A DNA stretch of 58,494 bases from a bacterium (GTDB taxonomy: Bacteria; Patescibacteriota; Saccharimonadia; CAILAD01; GCA-016700035), in the NCBI GenBank assembly GCA_016700035.1, contig CP064998.1, positions 857,551-916,044 on the forward strand, written 5' to 3'. The notes below the pieces were generated by a model. That model had not been told where the DNA came from. It saw only the letters and a list, made by a program, of their open reading frames with translations, and searched no databases. Of this stretch, positions 1 to 9,596 are shown in pieces (position 1 is the first letter of the stretch; every line of letters starts with the position of its first letter). A program made the translations under genes and the position numbers.

Positions 1-990
1 AAAAGCGGTAAGATTTAGGTAGCCGACCATCGCAAAAAGCACATAGCAAACAATCAGTGAGGCGCCCATAATGTATGACAAAATAAAGAATTCAGGTGAC
101 AAGCGGGGTGATGTCCAGCGCAAGGTAGAGATTAGAAAAAGAAAACCTAGCACCATGCCGTAAGCCGACGCATTGTGGAGAGTAGCATAGATGGTTCCCT
201 CCTGAAAAGGGAACAGGCCCACACAGGCTAGAGCAATTGCAATAAATACGAAGGCACCCTTAATGACATTGAGACGCATACCAGAATTACTGCCCTCAAA
301 CGCTGGAGCTAGGGCATTAAATAGATTCTCTGTTAGTGCCAACATCACTAACCCCGAAAAGATTAGTGTAAAATTAAACGCTCGAGCAGCATTGGATTGC
401 TCCATACCCAAATAGCTAAAATGCACCTGCCACCAGTCAGCCTGGCCGTTTGTGACCATTGCAAACAACACACCACCCACCAAAACAATCCCTAAGATAG
501 CTAAAATACGGTTTACCGAAACGGTGTAGGCCAGATTGATAATTATATATGAGCAACCGCCAACCACTACACCAGTAATTAGGGCCGCACTATAGGAGTC
601 CAACTCCAGGCCGATGAAGGCGTGCGAAAACACAAACGCCGTAAGTGCCATAACAGCTGCAGCTACCAGAGTGTAGGCAAAAGCTAAGGTAATGGTATCG
701 CGCCAAAATATCCAGCTTTTTGGCAAGGGTTGCTTAGCATTTTCGTGCATCCAACGCTCCCCTTGACGATAAAAATAGGCAAAAAATACAAAGCTTGCTA
801 GCGCGCCAATATAAACTGCCAAACGAGTAATTGAAAGACTGCCAGTAATTGGTACTAACTTTACTCCATTGCCCAAATACCAGGCTACAGAAATCGCAGA
901 CGCTACTAGGGCACTAATAATCCCCCAGCGTAAAGCTAGCTGTTCGGCAATCCGCGCCCTCATACCTGCAATATCTTTTTTGCGCGCCAT
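1..990 (-). CDS. polytopic integral membrane protein, C-terminus cut by the window edge
   Basis: The minus-strand frame is open from the ATG at 990-988 to position 1 (330 codons, no tta/cta/tca triplet in frame). It is missing from the ORF track because it runs off the edge. The translation starts MARKKDIAGMRARIAEQLALRWG and continues with about 8 hydrophobic helices. No family recognised. Confidence 0.6.
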   Translation of the reverse strand, partial: MARKKDIAGMRARIAEQLALRWGIISALVASAISVAWYLGNGVKLVPITGSLSITRLAVYIGALASFVFFAYFYRQGERWMHENAKQPLPKSWIFWRDTITLAFAYTLVAAAVMALTAFVFSHAFIGLELDSYSAALITGVVVGGCSYIIINLAYTVSVNRILAILGIVLVGGVLFAMVTNGQADWWQVHFSYLGMEQSNAARAFNFTLIFSGLVMLALTENLFNALAPAFEGSNSGMRLNVIKGAFVFIAIALACVGLFPFQEGTIYATLHNASAYGMVLGFLFLISTLRWTSPRLSPEFFILSYIMGASLIVCYVLFAMVGYLNLTAF

Positions 991-1079
991 ATCTGCATAC
1001 TACACCTGAAAAAAGATTTCGTCTATCCGAGAACAGTATTCTATATCAATCTGTTAGTATTATTATTACAATAGTACCG

Positions 1080-2216
1080 ATGAAAAATATTATCACAAAT
1101 GACGCTACCAGCGTTCAGCTACTTGTTATCCGCCAGCACCGTATTAGGCTGGCTGTTATTGGATCAATTTTTATACTGGCTGGCTTAATGATCTTGCAAG
1201 CACCATATATATTCTTTAACCCTTTGCAAATCATATTAAGCTTTGGCTTGATATTAAGCGGTGGCTTAAAGCTAGTGCAATTGGTGCTAGGAAAAAGCTC
1301 CAAAGGCTACAGTCTGCGCGGTATTATACTTATCCTCATTCACTCTTTATTGGATATTGGCGCCGGTATTATTTTTTTCACGTACGACAACTTATCAATC
1401 GGCTTTATCGCACTAATATTGGGGATACTATTCACTTTTGATGGAGCCGTTCAGTTTGTGGTAGCCTGGCGCTCTCGAGGTACGAAGTCACGTTTTTTAT
1501 TTTTTCTCAACGCCTGCTTCACTCTCTTTTTAGGGCTCAGCACCATTATTTTAATCCCACAATTGCGAGTCAATGGTGTAGTTTTTCTACTGACAGCACG
1601 ACTCATATCTTTTGGCGCCATTCTGCTAGTAATGGCTTATCGTAGTAAAGACAATAGCCTACCGATAATTTTTACTGAGATCGAGCCAGAGGTGGTACGC
1701 CGTAAAAGAGGTGAGCTCTATGCCTGCTATTTTGGATCGGGTTTTCACTTGGGGGTGTATATCGGCAACAATGAAGTGGTGCACTACCGAGACGATAGCA
1801 TTGTGCATCGAACCAGCTGGGAAGAATTTTTACGTGGTCGCGAGCCTCAACACTGGGTTTACCCAGATATTAAATCGGCTCCGGTTGATATAGTGATAAA
1901 AACTGCCACCGCTCAAGCTGGTAAAAAAATGAAATATAACCTGATCTATAACAATTGTGAACACTTTGCTATCCATTGTAAGACTGGTGGCAAAAACCGC
2001 GATTCACTCTACGCTCAAACCAGCTCAGCTATGCGCAACCTCAAGCAGCGCCCCTACTTAGCCGTTTTTGTTGAAGCTTACACTCGGGCTGGCGAATGGC
2101 TGGCCTTCCATTTTGGTGGCACTTTTGGACACCGAGTGTCTTATAGGATTCGTCGCCTTAACTCGATGGTGACGGCCTGGATGCTGTCATCTAAAAAGCC
2201 TTCAATCAAAAACTAA
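1080..2216 (+). CDS. membrane protein: N-terminal multi-TM (HdeD/DUF308-like) region fused to a C-terminal LRAT/NlpC-P60-type domain
   Basis: 378-aa ORF. The N-terminal ~190 aa are hydrophobic helices. The C-terminus carries the LRAT/HRASLS signature: His box GFHLGVYIGNNEVVHY and catalytic-Cys box YNNCEHF (Cys codon at 1956-1958). Confidence 0.7.
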   Translation: MKNIITNDATSVQLLVIRQHRIRLAVIGSIFILAGLMILQAPYIFFNPLQIILSFGLILSGGLKLVQLVLGKSSKGYSLRGIILILIHSLLDIGAGIIFFTYDNLSIGFIALILGILFTFDGAVQFVVAWRSRGTKSRFLFFLNACFTLFLGLSTIILIPQLRVNGVVFLLTARLISFGAILLVMAYRSKDNSLPIIFTEIEPEVVRRKRGELYACYFGSGFHLGVYIGNNEVVHYRDDSIVHRTSWEEFLRGREPQHWVYPDIKSAPVDIVIKTATAQAGKKMKYNLIYNNCEHFAIHCKTGGKNRDSLYAQTSSAMRNLKQRPYLAVFVEAYTRAGEWLAFHFGGTFGHRVSYRIRRLNSMVTAWMLSSKKPSIKN

Positions 2217-3019
2217 ACTGCTAGATCTCGCCTATTCCACCACATAGCACCAACAACGATAGTTAAGATGATGGTTCCAGCAAAAACTACTGCACCAGTA
2301 TTATTCAGACTGCCTTCAGTCAAAATTTTAGATCCTTCAAAATAATGAAAGAAAGATAGGCTACGCAACCAATCGAGCTGATCCTCCAAGCTAGCTATAA
2401 TGCGTGCCACATACATCATCAGTAGAACCCCAGCAACCACACCATAAACACGTGAGCGTTCAGAGAAGATAGCCGAACACATGTAGGCCAAGCTATAGAT
2501 CGCCATAACAAACAACCAGGCCATACCTGTTAGCTGCAACCAATGCACAATCTCCAGTTCAATATTATAGAGTCCAGCCAATGGGACTACGCCAAGCAAT
2601 GTAGTTGCTGTAAAAATAGTAATGGCGATTAGTCCAGCCAGGTATTTTGACAAATAAAGCTTGGTGCGCGAAATGGGTTGAGCTAACTCAAGGCCGATGG
2701 TACCCGATTCCACGCCACCGGCCAGGGCCTTGCCGGCGTACGAAATAGATAGAATTATTGCCAGCAGTGGCCATACCATTGATAAGTATTCGGCACTAAA
2801 ATAACTGGCAAAATTACCGATATTTAAATCAGATATCCCCATTGCCTCCATCATGGCGCTAGGAAAAGACTTAAAAATGTCCTGATATGCCGTCATCTGA
2901 CTTTTGAGAGATGGGAAAAGCGCTACATACATCCAGGCAAAGGCTAGGGCCGAAAAACAAAACACCGCAAGCGACACTCGACGGTCGCGCAGATAGCGAC
3001 GAATAATAACCGAATTCAT
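2213..3019 (-). CDS. ABC-2 type transporter permease
   Basis: 268-aa, ~6-TM protein. It is translationally coupled (4-nt overlap) to the upstream ABC ATPase gene. Confidence 0.75.
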   Translation of the reverse strand: MNSVIIRRYLRDRRVSLAVFCFSALAFAWMYVALFPSLKSQMTAYQDIFKSFPSAMMEAMGISDLNIGNFASYFSAEYLSMVWPLLAIILSISYAGKALAGGVESGTIGLELAQPISRTKLYLSKYLAGLIAITIFTATTLLGVVPLAGLYNIELEIVHWLQLTGMAWLFVMAIYSLAYMCSAIFSERSRVYGVVAGVLLMMYVARIIASLEDQLDWLRSLSFFHYFEGSKILTEGSLNNTGAVVFAGTIILTIVVGAMWWNRRDLAV

Positions 3020-3888
3020 GAGTACATCTCCAGGAATACCTCCTCTAAGCTAGCGTGAGCTATTTCTAAATCGGACAATTTATGCTTAGCTAGCATTTTG
3101 ACGACTAGATTCAAATCCCCTCGCACCAAAAAAGTAACTTCATGCTCGGCTTGACTGCGTATAGTTATCTGATCGCTCTGCAAGACAGATTTCGGTAATG
3201 GCTTAGCGCTACGAACACGCACTACATACTGAGCTTTTTGTCGTAATGACTCAAGATTTTCAACCGCCACCAGCCGACCCTGATTAATAATCGCTACCCG
3301 CTCACAAATCCGCTGAACTTCCGCTAAATTATGTGATGAAATAAAAACTGTCCCGCCAGACTCTCGGAAATCCTCCAACACGCGATAAACCTCATTTTGA
3401 AACAGCGGATCCAAGCCTTGCGTGGGTTCATCTAAAACCAAAACTTTTGGCTCTCCAATCAGCCCTAAAATAAGGTTTAGTTTTTGGCGATTACCAGTCG
3501 ATAACACCTTAACTCGACGATCTAAATCTAGCGAAAACTGCTTGAGCAAACCCCTATAATCACCACCAGCACCCCTGAGATGCACGATGTAGTCAATATG
3601 CTCGCGGGCGGTCCATTTTTCTACCAAGTGATGATCGCTCGCCACATAGCCAATCATATTTTTTACTGCCACACTACTGGCTTGAGCATCTTGACCTAGT
3701 ACCTTTATCTTCCCTGTATCGGGCGTAATAAAATTCATTAAACAACGAATAGTAGTAGTCTTGCCAGCCCCATTGGGCCCCAAAAAGCCAAAAATCTCAC
3801 CCTTCTTTACTTGAAATGTAATATTTTCTATAGCCTTGTGGCTACCAAATGATTTGGATATTCCACCTATTTCTAGCGCATTCGTCAC
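3016..3888 (-). CDS. ABC transporter ATP-binding protein
   Basis: Walker A GPNGAGKTT, ABC signature LSTGNRQKL, Walker B LVLDEPTQGLD, H-loop SSHNL. GTG start. Confidence 0.9.
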   Translation of the reverse strand: MTNALEIGGISKSFGSHKAIENITFQVKKGEIFGFLGPNGAGKTTTIRCLMNFITPDTGKIKVLGQDAQASSVAVKNMIGYVASDHHLVEKWTAREHIDYIVHLRGAGGDYRGLLKQFSLDLDRRVKVLSTGNRQKLNLILGLIGEPKVLVLDEPTQGLDPLFQNEVYRVLEDFRESGGTVFISSHNLAEVQRICERVAIINQGRLVAVENLESLRQKAQYVVRVRSAKPLPKSVLQSDQITIRSQAEHEVTFLVRGDLNLVVKMLAKHKLSDLEIAHASLEEVFLEMYS

Positions 3889-3894
3889 TTCTAC

Positions 3895-4182
3895 CTAACT
3901 ATCCTTCTTGGCTAGCTTAGTCTTTGGTTTTTTTGCTTCAACCGTACGCTCAACACTAATCACGCAATCCGCAGCCAGAGCTACAATCGCGCCCACGACT
4001 GCCAGTATTGGAGCCAACAGGGCGCCAACCACACCAACCGTTAGGGGAAATTCGGCAATTATCTTGCCTTTTTTATCCTTCACAATTATCTTGCGCACAT
4101 TACCCTCATTGACCAGCTTTTTGAGCTTAGCCATAATATCGCCACCAGAAATTTTAAACTCTTCGGTGCGTTGCGTTGCCAT
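3895..4182 (-). CDS. DUF4342-like small protein (first gene of the ABC operon)
   Basis: The sequence FKISGGDIMAKLKKLVNEGNVRKIIVKDKKGKIIAEFPLTVGVVGALLAP matches my recollection of the DUF4342 pattern. I chose the ATG at 4182 because AGGAG lies 7 nt upstream; the track ORF extends to 4242. Confidence 0.55.
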   Translation of the reverse strand: MATQRTEEFKISGGDIMAKLKKLVNEGNVRKIIVKDKKGKIIAEFPLTVGVVGALLAPILAVVGAIVALAADCVISVERTVEAKKPKTKLAKKDS

Positions 4183-4390
4183 AACTAACTCCTGTTCAAT
4201 AACTTTCATTATACTCCTGTCAATCAAGACGGCTTGATACAATGCGCCTAAATGAGCGTAAGAATGATCAAAAACTTTAATAAACTAGCCACCACTCCTC
4301 TGCGTAAAGAGACCTTGGAGATTGTTGAAGCTGACTATCGGGTCTATCAAGAGAACTTACCGATGGTAAGACGTAAAATCTAGTAAGACT

Positions 4391-5995
4391 CTAGGCTTTT
4401 GAAGTCGCTGTTCGTCTTGGTAATCGAGTTGTGGCCGCCATACCCAATGCACCTAAAGCTGCAATAGCTACAAATGAATACGTCAGAGCCTGAGCCCGAG
4501 CTTGAGCGTTAATTTCTACGACTTGCTGAGCTGTTTCTGGACTTTCATCATCAAGAGCAGATTGAAGAGCCGTATCACTAACTATCTGCGCCTGGGTCTG
4601 TAGGGCTGATGTATACTGCTGTTTTTGAGCACTCGTAAGGGTAGTGTTTTCGCTAATTAACTGTGTACTGACGCTAATTAAGAAGCCTGTTAGCACCACT
4701 CCAGCAATCGCAGTTCCTAGCGACATACCGAGATTTTGAAAAGTTGACATCAAGCCGGAAGCCTCACTAGACTGCTCTTTTGTAACTGAAGATTGAACAA
4801 GATTTTGCAACTGTGAGCCAATTAGTCCGATTCCTGCACCAGCCACAGCCAATGAAATTGGAAAGACTGGATCAGCGGCAATATCACGCGAGCGAGCTGC
4901 AATTACCAACACGCCAAAAAGTATTAATAAGTAGCCTACTCGAATTACATCGCGTGGATCGAACCGCTTTGCTAAAACATTGCCACGTGATGCCGCTAGC
5001 AGTAGACACAGTGAGAGTGGTAATAGAACGATACCGGTCTGGAAGGCTGACATACCTTGCTGGATCTGCAAGAAAAGAGCCATGACATACATCAGGCCAC
5101 CCAAGACAAATTGCTGTGAAAGAATCGTTAGTGTACCACCACTAACGGCTGGGATCTTAAATAAATCTAAGTTCACAAGCTGATCCTTACCTTTACGAAA
5201 CTGGTGAGCCTCCCAGACAGCAAATCCGAGCAAAATACAAATTCCTACTGCAATTCCAACTATCGCCGGGGATATGCCTCCAGCAGTAAACGTGAACGAG
5301 CCAAGCGAATAATCTTGACGAGCTCGCAACAGGCCGTAAGTGCCGGCCATCAGAATACCCTGAACCATTACCCCTAAACCAGCAACTGACAATATCACGC
5401 CAATTTTATCCAAACGCATCTTCTTGCCTTCTAACTTTACGTCCTTAATAAGCCCTTGCTGGAACAAAATCCATATCACCACCAACACTTCTCCGGCAAA
5501 AGCTAGACGCCAGGTTGCATAAGTCGTTAAAAACCCACCAATAATTGGCCCCAAGCCGGCGGCAATCCCCGCCATAGCGGCCACAGTACTGTAGGCCTTC
5601 AACCGATGATCGGGCTTAGTAAAGTTACCAGCAATTAATGAAAGCATGGCTGGAATTGCCAGTGCCGCCCCAATTCCCTCCAAAAATGACCAACCAAACT
5701 TTAATACCTGCACATTTGGCGCTAGAGCCGTCAGCGAACTACCCACACCATAAATACACATACCTACAATAAAAGCCCGTTTGCGGCCAATAATATCGCC
5801 AATTTTTGCACCAGCAATCATAAAGGCCGCCATCACTAAGGAGTAGAAGGCAATTGCCGCCTGAATATCACCTACAGTTGTGTTGAGATCTTGAACAAGT
5901 GTCGAGATCGATACATTCATCACGGTAGAATCTAGAGTAAAAATAAATTGTGCTGCAGCCAGCAAAATGAGCAGTTTTTTAGCTTTCTTAGACAT
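4391..5995 (-). CDS. MFS transporter, DHA2 (14-TMS drug:H+ antiporter-like) family
   Basis: 534 aa with ~14 predicted helices. MFS motif A-like GDIIGRKRAF after TM2. Confidence 0.85.
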   Translation of the reverse strand: MSKKAKKLLILLAAAQFIFTLDSTVMNVSISTLVQDLNTTVGDIQAAIAFYSLVMAAFMIAGAKIGDIIGRKRAFIVGMCIYGVGSSLTALAPNVQVLKFGWSFLEGIGAALAIPAMLSLIAGNFTKPDHRLKAYSTVAAMAGIAAGLGPIIGGFLTTYATWRLAFAGEVLVVIWILFQQGLIKDVKLEGKKMRLDKIGVILSVAGLGVMVQGILMAGTYGLLRARQDYSLGSFTFTAGGISPAIVGIAVGICILLGFAVWEAHQFRKGKDQLVNLDLFKIPAVSGGTLTILSQQFVLGGLMYVMALFLQIQQGMSAFQTGIVLLPLSLCLLLAASRGNVLAKRFDPRDVIRVGYLLILFGVLVIAARSRDIAADPVFPISLAVAGAGIGLIGSQLQNLVQSSVTKEQSSEASGLMSTFQNLGMSLGTAIAGVVLTGFLISVSTQLISENTTLTSAQKQQYTSALQTQAQIVSDTALQSALDDESPETAQQVVEINAQARAQALTYSFVAIAALGALGMAATTRLPRRTATSKA

Positions 5996-6132
5996 CTTGA
6001 TGATTACCTCTTCGGTTCATACTGTACAGTAATCTGGTAAAAATAAAAAGTTTTAAATATTGCTTATGCTTGACCTAGCATCAGATGGGTCGTATAACTA
6101 ACTAATACTAATATAGTTAAATTGTAATCATC

Positions 6133-7332
6133 ATGGCTAAACAAACTACACCCCAAAAACCATCTAAGCAGCCAGCATCAAACCGTTGGCGCCTATTTGT
6201 TGTGGGGTTACTCGTAGGTATTGGAACTATTGCATTTGCCAACTGGCTAATTTTGCGCTGGCTTAATGTCTATGTGTTCGACACGCAAAATTATGTCAAA
6301 ACAGTTGCGCCCTTAACAAAGAATAGTGAGGTTGCGTCAGCACTGAGTAAATACGCCACTGAAAAACTGTATAGTTCGATTGATTTAGAAGCCGAGATAA
6401 AGCAGGCCTTACCAGAAAGAGCTTCGTTTATCGCACCCCCACTAGCTAATCAGGTGGTTTCTGCCACTGAGAGAATTGGTACTAACCTAATTGCTAGTGA
6501 CCAATTTAATAGTGTTTGGATATCAGCTAACGAAACTGCCCACTCACGACTAATGGTAACCCTCAAGCGTCCGCAGTTTGAGTTCAATACCGAGAAAGAG
6601 CGAGCCGTATTCGGTGTAAATATCACACCCTTCTTGGAGCGAATAAGAGACCGTTTGCAATCTGGTGGTACTGGAACCATTTCAAGCACTATTCGTAATA
6701 GTCAGGCCGCTGAAATAGCTGTTAACTTACGTGACCGTATTCAAGCTATGCGGATAGCTTATCAATACACGCAAGCTCTTTATGTAATCCTACCGATGCT
6801 CTTTGCCGCCTCTTTTCTAGGTGCAATTGCTGTAGCCCGTCAAAGGTGGAAAACAACTTTGGCAATCACTCTGACTATTGTTGTGATCACCGCTCTGGAG
6901 CTAATTCTACTTAAAGCTTTCCGTCCCGAAATAATTAATAATGTAGCAGTTGCCTATCAATCGGCCGCTGGTGTAATTTGGGATGCACTTACTGCTGGCT
7001 TTAAAAATGTAACTACCAATGCACTAATTCTAGGCATTATAGCTTCAGGAATAGCAATTCTAGCTGGTCCATTTGCTTGGGCTAAAAAGTTACGTCACAT
7101 GGTCGGATTGGATAAATTTAGCAACACTCGACTTTACCAGGCGCTAAATCTTTCAAGAATCTGGCTGCGTAAAAATATACTAGGCTGGAGGGTTGCTGGT
7201 GTTGTGCTAGCTTTTCTAGCTCTTATTCTAAAACCAGCAATTACTTGGCAGACAATTATTCAGGCAGTACTAGCTTATTGTATTTTTGTCAGTATCGTTG
7301 AAATATTAGCGACTCGCAAAGCTAGCTCCTAG
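6133..7332 (+). CDS. hypothetical membrane protein
   Basis: 399-aa ORF with an N-terminal TM, a soluble middle region and 4-5 C-terminal helices. No family recognised. Confidence 0.55.
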   Translation: MAKQTTPQKPSKQPASNRWRLFVVGLLVGIGTIAFANWLILRWLNVYVFDTQNYVKTVAPLTKNSEVASALSKYATEKLYSSIDLEAEIKQALPERASFIAPPLANQVVSATERIGTNLIASDQFNSVWISANETAHSRLMVTLKRPQFEFNTEKERAVFGVNITPFLERIRDRLQSGGTGTISSTIRNSQAAEIAVNLRDRIQAMRIAYQYTQALYVILPMLFAASFLGAIAVARQRWKTTLAITLTIVVITALELILLKAFRPEIINNVAVAYQSAAGVIWDALTAGFKNVTTNALILGIIASGIAILAGPFAWAKKLRHMVGLDKFSNTRLYQALNLSRIWLRKNILGWRVAGVVLAFLALILKPAITWQTIIQAVLAYCIFVSIVEILATRKASS

Positions 7333-8548
7333 CCGACTGTATCCCCTGCCGATAAGCTTTTAAATATTCCGTCAGCATTACGGGTGTAATAAAATTCTTT
7401 TCAACGTGATTTCGAGCGGAAGTCTTTAGCCTCTTGATACGGCTCTTATCTTTAAGGGCGCGGGCAATAAGTCGTGCATCGCGATCATGATTACCGCTCA
7501 GCGCAATACCTGTCTGCCTATTTTTAATTTGCAATGAAATTCCCCCAACTGGACGAGCGCAAACTAGCGCTTCTTTCCACATCGCTTCAGTCACCGTAAG
7601 TCCAAACCCCTCGCGTGAAGAATACTGTATGACAGCTGCAGCTCTCGATTGCAAGGCATTCACCACGCGCTCATTATCATCAACATTAACCAGTATATGG
7701 GTGTCGAGCATACCTTTAGCTGCCTCCACGACCGACTCATACATGACTTTCCCCTCCGGGTCATCACTAGCATAGTTACCCAGCAACACACATTGCAGGC
7801 CAGGCAAGAGAGCCTGCAATCGCCGCGCAACTTCCAATACCCCTACCGGGTCCTTAAAGATATCATAACGGGAAATTTGAGTAATAAAAGGCCTACTAGG
7901 GTCAACCCCTAAATTGCTAATTAACCTATTGGCTACAATATCTGAGAGTGGCTGGTTCTTGGGCTGTAATGGGTCAATCGAAGGATACACAATCGAGGCC
8001 TTAGCAATACCAGCAACATAACTTTGCAGCGAAAAGATTGTATTATCAACCGCGCGCAATCGCCGCCTAAGCCAGGCAAAAGCATGTGGATCGGCACAAG
8101 TTAGGTCAATATGACATCGCCACACCACTGGCTTATCGGCAAGAAACGGAATCAGACCGAGCGTTTGTGGATCATGCAAGATATACAAATCCCCATCACG
8201 AGGCAGGCTATCAACTATAGCTCGAGTATACTCATCATAATATTCCAGATCATCCGGCAAGCCGGCTAGACCACCTTGCAAGGCATTATGAAAATGCTTA
8301 GTAATATTAAAAAAACGATTATCTGGAGGAATAACCAGCCAGCGAGCATCAATGCCCAGTCCTCGCATCAGTGGAATTTGAGAGCGTAACAATTCTGCCA
8401 CACCACCCCCTTCGGCTGTGGAGTTAATCTCATAAATGCGCATACCTTGAAATTCTTTTGCTTCTTTTTCAAGTTTTGCTGTTTGCCTCAATGTTAACCA
8501 CTGTGAATAATCTTGCAGTTTACGTGCACGAATTGGCTGATGTTGCAT
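7322..8548 (-). CDS. treT: GT4 glycosyltransferase, trehalose glycosyltransferring synthase (TreT)-like
   Basis: Colinear with archaeal/Thermotoga TreT as I recall it: NSTAEGGGVAELLRSQIPLMRGLGIDARWLVI, FFNITKHFHNALQG, WRCHIDL, SREGFGLTVTEAMWK. Confidence 0.75.
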   Translation of the reverse strand: MQHQPIRARKLQDYSQWLTLRQTAKLEKEAKEFQGMRIYEINSTAEGGGVAELLRSQIPLMRGLGIDARWLVIPPDNRFFNITKHFHNALQGGLAGLPDDLEYYDEYTRAIVDSLPRDGDLYILHDPQTLGLIPFLADKPVVWRCHIDLTCADPHAFAWLRRRLRAVDNTIFSLQSYVAGIAKASIVYPSIDPLQPKNQPLSDIVANRLISNLGVDPSRPFITQISRYDIFKDPVGVLEVARRLQALLPGLQCVLLGNYASDDPEGKVMYESVVEAAKGMLDTHILVNVDDNERVVNALQSRAAAVIQYSSREGFGLTVTEAMWKEALVCARPVGGISLQIKNRQTGIALSGNHDRDARLIARALKDKSRIKRLKTSARNHVEKNFITPVMLTEYLKAYRQGIQSARS

Positions 8549-8612
8549 ACCTATATTGTAGCGTAAGAACCATCAATGCGACTATTTATAAAAAAACGAG
8601 TACAATACAAAC

Positions 8613-9050
8613 ATGATTATTGATTTTCTCCAGTGGCTCTGGCAACTCATACTTGGCGTGGGGCTAACTCTCATCTTGGCCTATCTGGTATACATGCTAG
8701 GTCTTGGGTTGGTATTTCGTAAACTTGGCCAGCGCATGTGGCCAGCCTACATCCCAGCCTACAATTATATTGTACTCATCAGAATATTGGGTTTACCAAA
8801 ATCATGGCAGGCTGTAGCCTTTGTGCCATATTTGGGGCCAATCTATTCTATTCCAATTGGTATCAGGCTAGGGAAAATTTTTGGTAAAAGCCCGGCCTTT
8901 TCCTCTTTTTGGCTAACCATTGGAGCACCAGTTGGTATGCTAGTTTTAGCTTTCTCTAAAAAATCACTAAACCTAGATGTTATAAAAGAGCCAGCTCCGA
9001 AGATAGATACTAAAAAGCTAAAAGAACTTACTAAAAAACACCAAGCTTAA
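8613..9050 (+). CDS. small membrane protein (DUF5684-like)
   Basis: 145 aa with 3-4 TM helices. The motif AYIPAYNYIVLIRILGLPKSW resembles the DUF5684 family. Confidence 0.55.
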   Translation: MIIDFLQWLWQLILGVGLTLILAYLVYMLGLGLVFRKLGQRMWPAYIPAYNYIVLIRILGLPKSWQAVAFVPYLGPIYSIPIGIRLGKIFGKSPAFSSFWLTIGAPVGMLVLAFSKKSLNLDVIKEPAPKIDTKKLKELTKKHQA

Positions 9051-9066
9051 GGGCAAGGTGTTTTTT
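9033..9066. terminator. possible bidirectional hairpin between convergent genes
   Basis: The inverted repeat aaaaaacacc / ggtgtttttt flanks a 14-nt loop between the stops of 8613..9050(+) and 9083..9496(-). The GC core is weak. Confidence 0.35.
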
Positions 9067-9082
9067 AGTAAAGACTAGTGTC

Positions 9083-9496
9083 TTATTCTAAGTTTGCAGC
9101 TTCTTTGCCGTGAGCAACAAGAGCGTAGATAATAAGTCCACTCACAACCACCATTAGAATCGACCAGATTGGATACACTGGAATGAAGGCAAAGTTTACC
9201 ATTGCGGCAATTGTTGCCAAGATAATACCAACCACACGACCCCACATCTTGCCAGCCATAACCGCTCCGCCAGCAAAGAATAGGATAATACCGAGTAGTA
9301 AGTGTACCCATCCCCAGGTAGTCAAATCAACTATCCAGAGTCGATTTGCTCCGGCTACAAAAAGCTCATCGTTAAACAATGCAACCAAACTGGAAATAAT
9401 TGCAAAAACTGCATTTACAACCATTAGAATACCAGCAAAGTAGACCCAACCTACCCAGCCAGACACATTAGTAATATCATTAGATTTTGACGCCAT
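9083..9496 (-). CDS. small 4-TM membrane protein
   Basis: 137-aa ORF with four clear hydrophobic helices. The overlapping 9075..9311 and 9183..9443 ORFs look spurious. Confidence 0.6.
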   Translation of the reverse strand: MASKSNDITNVSGWVGWVYFAGILMVVNAVFAIISSLVALFNDELFVAGANRLWIVDLTTWGWVHLLLGIILFFAGGAVMAGKMWGRVVGIILATIAAMVNFAFIPVYPIWSILMVVVSGLIIYALVAHGKEAANLE

Positions 9497-9596
9497 AACA
9501 TACCTCTCTTTCTTAAACTTACATAGTTAATTTACCTTTTTATTATACCCCCATAATGCAAGGTTTTTGCAAGCATAGGCTATATAATAGAACACT

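Noticed and set aside
3908-4237. 109-aa plus-strand ORF antisense to the DUF4342 gene
   Set aside because: It is a mirror-frame artefact of the Ala/Val/Gly-rich gene on the minus strand and has no independent support. The same reasoning applies to other antisense track ORFs, for example 1115..1303, 4813..5085, 9183..9443, 10196..10450, 19193..19585, 38878..39329, 43056..43427 and 53548..54621.
4264-4383. 39-aa plus-strand ORF (MIKNFNKLATTPLRKETLEIVEADY...) that vaguely resembles the N-terminus of DUF4147/MOFRL glycerate kinases
   Set aside because: It is too short, and my recollection of the family N-terminus is too weak to call. It might be another gene remnant, but I cannot support that from sequence alone.
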